From Alphaproteobacteria bacterium (GTDB lineage: Bacteria > Pseudomonadota > Alphaproteobacteria > SP197): a stretch of DNA of 64,000 nt. Shown one piece after another: positions 58,725 through 64,000 of this stretch. The translations under genes and the position numbers were made by a program. The stretch spans positions 608,001 through 672,000 of the forward strand of contig OZ219917.1 in the NCBI GenBank assembly GCA_964291415.2. Reading direction: 5' to 3'. How positions within the stretch are numbered: the first letter of the stretch is position 1; the number at the start of each line of letters is the position of its first letter. The notes beneath the pieces are model-generated. The model ran no database searches and was not told the origin of the DNA. It worked only from the letters and a program-made list of their open reading frames with translations.

Positions 58725-60092
58725 ATGAAGACATCTCGGCGAGGAGCCCTTGTCAGGGCGGCCAAGCTGGTCACCGCATCGTCGGTGGCCCTTGCCGTCA
58801 GTACCACGATTGCTGCGGCCGACTTTGCGTGGGACCAGCTTTCGGGAGAGTCGATCACGGTCATGATGCCGGAACATCCCGTCACGGACGGCGTGCGTGT
58901 GGTGCTCGACCGGTTCGAGGCCGACACCGGCATCGACGTCACCCTGCAGACCATGGCCGAAGATCTCTACTTCGACCGCATGGAAGTGGCGCTGCGCGGC
59001 TCGGGCGGCAACTCGCAGATGGACGTCTACTTCCTGCCCATGGACTCCACGGCCTACACACAGCACACCAATGGCCTCGTCCATTCCCTGCAGGACTTCA
59101 TCGACAGCCCTGATCTCACGGCTCCGGACTACAATCTGGATGACATCCCGGCAGGCTTCCTTGATGCAACCAGGTACGACATCGACGGCCGTTGGGAGTA
59201 CCACGGTATCCCGGCATCGTTCGAGACCTACATCCTGTTCGCCAACATGGATCACGTGAACCAGTATCTCGACGGCCAGATGCCGACGACGATGGCAGAA
59301 CTGATCGCTGCGGCGCGCGAGGTGAAGGAGGAGAGCGGAGGCGCCGTCGCGGGCGCCGTGCTGCGTGGCATCCGGTCGGACACGCTGATCGACACCGTCA
59401 CCGGTTTCGTGAACAACTCGGTCGGCGCGGCAGACCGCTCCGCTCCCCAAAACGTCTGGTTCGACGGCGACTGGTCGAAGCCGAAGATGAACGATCCCGA
59501 CATCGTGCGGGGCCTCGCGAACTATGCGGAGCTGATGAAAGCCGGTCCCGTCAACATCCAGGCCATGGACTGGCCCGACGCTTCGCAGTTCTTCATGGCG
59601 GGCGGTGCGGCGTTCTTCATTGACGCAAGCCTTTTCGCGCCCGGCTTCGAGAACCCGGACGACAGCCTTGTCGCCGGCAAGATCGCTTACTCCGTCATTC
59701 CCGTCGACAACGCCGCAGGAGAGCCCTACACGGCCCACTGGCAATGGGGTTTCGGAATTCCGCAAAACGCCGCATCACCCGAGGCTGGCTGGCTCTTCAT
59801 CCAGTACATGTCGAACACCGACAACGCGACCGCCATCGGCAAGCTGCACGGCGGCGCCCCGCGCCTGTCGACGTGGCAGGATCCCGAGTACGCGGCGAGC
59901 TTCCCGCAGTCCTACGTGGAAGCCGTGGCAGCGGCCATGCCGAACTCGCAGACTTCCGTCGTTCAGCGTGCCGGCTGGAGCGAGTTTGCGCTGCGCATCG
60001 TTGATGTGATCCAGGACATCTACGGCGGTGCGGACCCTGCTGAGGCCGGCGCCTCGGCTCAGGCCGACTTCGAGACAATGCTCGCGAACTGA
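58725..60092 (+). CDS. Carbohydrate-type (family 1) ABC substrate-binding protein
   Basis: Signal peptide, FEADTGIDV, PTTMAEL..AA, W.FGIP...PEAGWLFIQY; GGAGGA RBS. Confidence 0.88.
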   Translation: MKTSRRGALVRAAKLVTASSVALAVSTTIAAADFAWDQLSGESITVMMPEHPVTDGVRVVLDRFEADTGIDVTLQTMAEDLYFDRMEVALRGSGGNSQMDVYFLPMDSTAYTQHTNGLVHSLQDFIDSPDLTAPDYNLDDIPAGFLDATRYDIDGRWEYHGIPASFETYILFANMDHVNQYLDGQMPTTMAELIAAAREVKEESGGAVAGAVLRGIRSDTLIDTVTGFVNNSVGAADRSAPQNVWFDGDWSKPKMNDPDIVRGLANYAELMKAGPVNIQAMDWPDASQFFMAGGAAFFIDASLFAPGFENPDDSLVAGKIAYSVIPVDNAAGEPYTAHWQWGFGIPQNAASPEAGWLFIQYMSNTDNATAIGKLHGGAPRLSTWQDPEYAASFPQSYVEAVAAAMPNSQTSVVQRAGWSEFALRIVDVIQDIYGGADPAEAGASAQADFETMLAN

Positions 60093-60177
60093 ACGTGCCT
60101 CGCCCCGGATGGCAATTTGCTGCCATCCGGGGCATCTTTCCGGGGAGCTCATCCTGCTTTCCGGTCCGGAGAGCGCC

Positions 60178-61059
60178 ATGACGTCTGCGCTCAGGTTCCT
60201 CGGCAGTGCCTCGGCCTTCTGGTTCATCCTGCCCTGCCTCCTGATTCTCGCGTTCACCTCCGTCTACCCCGTGGGGTTCGGACTGGTGGTGTCATTCACC
60301 AACTGGAACTGGGGCAACCAGTTCGAGTTTGTCGGCCTGGCGAACTATGCCAACCTTCTCGCCGACGCCGAATTCTGGAGCGTCATGAGGAATACGGTGG
60401 TGTTCGCCGCGTGGGCGACGGCCATCGAGACCGCACTGGGGTTCTACCTCGCGGTGCAGGTCGACAAGCTGGCCATCCGGACCGATCTTGTCCGCGCAGT
60501 CATCATGTTGCCGCTCATGGTTTCCGGCATCGTCGTCGCCCTGATGTCGAAAGTCATGTTCGATCCCTTCCTCGGCATCATCAATCACCTGATCGGCATG
60601 TTCGGCCTCGGCCCTTCGGCCTTCTATGGCGCCGCCGAAACGGCGATGGCGTCCATCGTCGCCGTCGATGTCTGGTGGCAGACCGCCTTTGTCTTCATCA
60701 TCATGCTTGCCGGATTGCGAAGCCTGCCGACAGAGCCGGTCGAGGCTGCCCGTGTCGAGGGTGCGAGCGAGTTCACCATCTTCTGGTCCATCAAGCTGCC
60801 GATGCTGCGCTCGCTGCTGATCACCGTCATCATCATCCGCGCCATCGACACCCTGAAGGTCTTCGACATCGTCTTTGGCACGACTGGTGGCGGACCGGCC
60901 CTGGCCACAGAGGTCGTGCAGACCTTCGTTTACCGTACCGCCTACAGCTATCAGCAGATCGGCAAGGCGATGGCGACGATGATCCTGTTCTCGCTGCTGA
61001 TTCTCGTCATTTCCCTCGCCCTGCAGACGCTGCAGCGGCGAGGCGAAGAGCACGCATGA
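60178..61059 (+). CDS. Sugar ABC transporter permease
   Basis: FVGLANY, EAARVEGA (EAA loop), FDIVFGTTGGGP. Confidence 0.92.
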   Translation: MTSALRFLGSASAFWFILPCLLILAFTSVYPVGFGLVVSFTNWNWGNQFEFVGLANYANLLADAEFWSVMRNTVVFAAWATAIETALGFYLAVQVDKLAIRTDLVRAVIMLPLMVSGIVVALMSKVMFDPFLGIINHLIGMFGLGPSAFYGAAETAMASIVAVDVWWQTAFVFIIMLAGLRSLPTEPVEAARVEGASEFTIFWSIKLPMLRSLLITVIIIRAIDTLKVFDIVFGTTGGGPALATEVVQTFVYRTAYSYQQIGKAMATMILFSLLILVISLALQTLQRRGEEHA

Positions 61060-61913
61060 CGACCCGTGCCATCCTGCGGTTCCACGGCGGTCCGGGAGCA
61101 GGCCTCTCGAAGGCGTGGGCCTACGTCTTCACCGGCGCCATGGTCCTGATCAGTCTGTTCCCGGTCTACTGGGTGCTGACGGTCTCGCTCAAGTCCAGGC
61201 GTGATGGCCTTGCCAGCCCCCCGCTCTGGATCTTCGATCCGACAACGGCCAACTATCTCAAGCTCTGGGGCCACGAGACGTTCAAGTACACGTTCCTGAA
61301 CTCCGTCATCATCACGTCCATCGGCGTGGCCCTGTCGCTCGCCATCGCCATTCCGACCGCCTATGCCATCGTCCGGATGAAGATCAGGGGCAGGAACCTC
61401 GTCGGCGTCTGGCTGATCCTGGCCTATATGCTTCCCGAGTTTCTCTTCGTCATTCCGATGTTCTCGCTCTACCAGTGGACCGGGCTCTATGACACCCATG
61501 CCGGACTTGCCCTCATGTACCAGGTGCACGTTCTGCCGCTGTCAATCTGGCTTCTGAGTTCGTTCTTTCGCGAGATCAATCCGGCCATCGACGAGGCCGC
61601 GCGCATCGAAGGCGCGTCCAACTGGCAGATCCTGACGAGGATCTACATACCCTGCACCCTTCCCGGCATGGCGGCCACGGCTGTTCTGAACGCCATCTGG
61701 ATCTGGAACGAACTTGCCATCGCAATCGGCCTGACGTTCTCCAGGGCGGAGACGGTCACGCTCGGGGTGACGAGCTTTCGCGGCTATGCGGCGCTCGACT
61801 GGGGTGCGATGACAGCCGCATCGATCATTGCCATCGTACCGATGCTGCTGTTCGCCATCGCCGCACAGAAACACATCGTCAAGGGGCTGTCCCTTGGCGC
61901 AGTCAAGGGCTGA
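61056..61913 (+). CDS. Sugar ABC transporter permease
   Basis: EAARIEGA, WIWNE, QKHIVKGLSLGAVKG; ATGA overlap. Confidence 0.92.
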   Translation: MTTRAILRFHGGPGAGLSKAWAYVFTGAMVLISLFPVYWVLTVSLKSRRDGLASPPLWIFDPTTANYLKLWGHETFKYTFLNSVIITSIGVALSLAIAIPTAYAIVRMKIRGRNLVGVWLILAYMLPEFLFVIPMFSLYQWTGLYDTHAGLALMYQVHVLPLSIWLLSSFFREINPAIDEAARIEGASNWQILTRIYIPCTLPGMAATAVLNAIWIWNELAIAIGLTFSRAETVTLGVTSFRGYAALDWGAMTAASIIAIVPMLLFAIAAQKHIVKGLSLGAVKG

Positions 61914-61916
61914 ACC

Positions 61917-62960
61917 ATGCCGTTCAAGGAATTCGATATCCCGCAGTTCACGACAGTCTTCGGACGCAACCTCCTTGGCGAGGCGGCGAACTTCGTGTGT
62001 CCGCCCATGCTGGTCGTGACGATGGAGGACCTCTGGCCACTCTTTCGCGACTCCCTGCCGGACGATGCCGTGCCCTACATGGTGCGTTCCATGGAACGTA
62101 CTGCGCTGGAAGCCGACCTCGAGACACTGGCGGACGTTGCCTCGGTCGTCGGTCTGGGAGGTGGACAGGCGATCGATGCCGCGAAGTATGTCGCCTGGCG
62201 TCGCAACCTGCCGCTCTTCCAGTTTCCGACATCGCTTTCCGTCGATGCCGTCTTCGGACATCGTGCTGGGGTCCGGGAAAACAGTGTCGTCAGGTATGTC
62301 GGATGGGCAGTCCCGCAGACCGTCTACGTTGATCTCGACATCATCGAATCGGCCCCCCGAGCGCTCAACATCGGCGGCGTGGGCGACGTCTTGTGCTTCG
62401 TCACCGGCGTCATGGACTGGCGTCACGCGGAGTCCCAGGGAAAGTGCGAGTCACGCTGGCCCTACGATGACAGTCTCGCAGCCATCTCGCTGGCGAAGGC
62501 CGAGGCAGTGCTGGCCGAACTTGACGAAATCAGGACGCTTTCGCCGCGTGGCATCCGGATTCTGGTCGACGGCCTGAAATGGGGCGGTGCCTCCTACCAT
62601 GGCGCCGGCTGGAATCCGCGTCACATCGAAGGTGTCGAGCACTACTTCTTCTATGCTCTCGAGGCAGGAACGGGGAAAACGTTCCTGCATGGCCAGGCGG
62701 TGTGCCTGGGCCTCGTTCTCGGCGCGATGATGCATGGTGAGCGTGTTGACGAACTGCTCGGAGCGGTGACCCGTCTCGGCCTCGACATTCGCCCCGCCGC
62801 CCTGGACGTGTCGTGGCGCGACGTCTTCGAAGCCGTGCGCGGGCTGAAAGCCTTCGTCGAGCGGGAAGGCCTCGCCTACGGTATCGCCAACGACTTCGAT
62901 GTAACGGACGAGTTCCTGAGCGCTGCGCGAAACAGGATTGAAGGGGCCTTTGCCGCATGA
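61917..62960 (+). CDS. Glycerol-1-phosphate/glycerol dehydrogenase-like protein (DHQS/Fe-ADH superfamily)
   Basis: VGLGGGQAIDAAKY, PTSLSVDA, GVGDVL, EGVEH, LHGQAV. Confidence 0.8.
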   Translation: MPFKEFDIPQFTTVFGRNLLGEAANFVCPPMLVVTMEDLWPLFRDSLPDDAVPYMVRSMERTALEADLETLADVASVVGLGGGQAIDAAKYVAWRRNLPLFQFPTSLSVDAVFGHRAGVRENSVVRYVGWAVPQTVYVDLDIIESAPRALNIGGVGDVLCFVTGVMDWRHAESQGKCESRWPYDDSLAAISLAKAEAVLAELDEIRTLSPRGIRILVDGLKWGGASYHGAGWNPRHIEGVEHYFFYALEAGTGKTFLHGQAVCLGLVLGAMMHGERVDELLGAVTRLGLDIRPAALDVSWRDVFEAVRGLKAFVEREGLAYGIANDFDVTDEFLSAARNRIEGAFAA

Positions 62961-63472
62961 ACACTTTACGTCGCGGAACGGTGGGCCCGGAGAGTGTCGC
63001 GGACCGGCGGCTCGCCGTCCTCGGCCATGTCATTCCCCCGGCGCCCGCACCGGTCGGGAACTTCGAGCTCGGTTCCATCGAAGGCACGACGCTCTATCTG
63101 TCAGGCCAGGGGCCGGTGCTGGAATGCGGCAGGCTGGCAACCGGCAAGGTCGGGCTTGATGTTCCGGTCCATGAAGCCTTCCACCACGCGCAAAGAACCG
63201 GACTTGTGCTGATTGCCGCGATGAAGGAGATCCTCGGCTCGCTTGAACATGTCGCGCAGATCCGGCGTGTGTTCGGCATGGTCAACGCCGCACCCGGTTT
63301 CATCGATCACCCGGCGGTGATTGACGGTTGCTCCAACCTGTTTTGCGATGTCTTCGGCGAACGGGGCCGACATGCGCGCACGGCCGTTGGCATGGCATCC
63401 CTGCCCGGCAACATCACCGTTGAAATCGATGCCATCGTCTCGATTTTCCCGGACTGGAACGCATCCCGATGA
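62957..63472 (+). CDS. RidA/YjgF family protein
   Basis: [48 protein letters not shown]. Confidence 0.9.
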   Translation: MNTLRRGTVGPESVADRRLAVLGHVIPPAPAPVGNFELGSIEGTTLYLSGQGPVLECGRLATGKVGLDVPVHEAFHHAQRTGLVLIAAMKEILGSLEHVAQIRRVFGMVNAAPGFIDHPAVIDGCSNLFCDVFGERGRHARTAVGMASLPGNITVEIDAIVSIFPDWNASR

Positions 63473-64000
63473 GAGATATCCGTTTTCTGGACGTCGCCAA
63501 GAGCTACGGTGATGTCGAGGTCATCTCCGGCCTCGATCTCCACGTCCGCGAGGGAGAGTTCATGGTGCTGGTCGGACCGTCGGGCTGCGCCAAGTCGACC
63601 ACGCTCCGGATGATCGCGGGTCTCGAGTCCATCTCGTCGGGTGACCTGATGATTGGCGGCGAACGTGCCAACCATCTCTCGCCCGCCCAGCGCAACATCT
63701 CCATGGTGTTCCAGTCCTATGCGCTGTTCCCGAACATGTCGGTGCGCGACAATCTTTCCTTCGGACTGAGAATCAGAAAGACCGATCCCGCCACCGTCAG
63801 GACCGAGGTCGCGCGTGTCGCCGACATGCTGGGTCTGGGCGAGTTGCTCGCCCGGAGGCCTCGCCAGCTTTCAGGTGGACAGGCGCAGCGTGTTGCCCTG
63901 GGGCGCGCCATGATTCGCAGGCCGGACGCATTCCTCTTCGATGAGCCGCTGTCCAATCTCGATGCAGAACTCCGGGTTCAGATGCGTGGCGAAATCGCCG
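63469..64000 (+). CDS. Sugar ABC transporter ATP-binding protein (MalK/UgpC-like), truncated by window edge
   Basis: Manual translation MRDIRF...[20 protein letters not shown]...[10 protein letters not shown]...[14 protein letters not shown]...[11 protein letters not shown]. Confidence 0.93.
   Translation, partial: MRDIRFLDVAKSYGDVEVISGLDLHVREGEFMVLVGPSGCAKSTTLRMIAGLESISSGDLMIGGERANHLSPAQRNISMVFQSYALFPNMSVRDNLSFGLRIRKTDPATVRTEVARVADMLGLGELLARRPRQLSGGQAQRVALGRAMIRRPDAFLFDEPLSNLDAELRVQMRGEIA

Noticed and set aside
60117-61055. N-terminal extension of the 598-aa ORF
   Set aside because: Overlaps the first permease out of frame; the real start is the ATGA overlap at 61056.

Overview
GC-rich (about 65% by eye) alphaproteobacterial chromosome segment, inferred from the UPF0262-PTP-maf-yacG-tRNA-Phe and ybbN-Lon-N-trm112 gene orders. 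It is mostly catabolic and housekeeping genes: a leucine/isovalerate operon, D-amino-acid/peptide hydrolases with two head-to-head paralogous peptide-binding proteins, two Rieske oxygenase alpha subunits, htpG, a carnitine-type cluster (caiD, lcdH, cdhC) and a GntR-controlled sugar ABC operon running off the right end. Three things stand out. (1) About 7.9 kb between the Lon-N gene and trm112 is punctuated by progressively more diverged copies of the Lon-N 3' end. These separate cargo blocks (adenine deaminase; amine oxidase plus D-carbamoylase; VOC protein; vapBC) and decayed toxin-antitoxin and IS pieces, like a polarised, integrase-less cassette array. (2) A HAL-fold lyase lacking the MIO-forming Ala-Ser-Gly and a HisA-fold protein lacking its catalytic aspartates sit beside the carnitine genes, suggesting an undescribed betaine-degradation pathway. 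(3) A 1.67 kb integrase-only element is inserted at tRNA-Phe. Several genes are frameshifted (CoxL-like, a vapC, a class II aldolase, hipA/hipB), from decay or assembly error. All calls come from reading motifs by eye; no searches were run.
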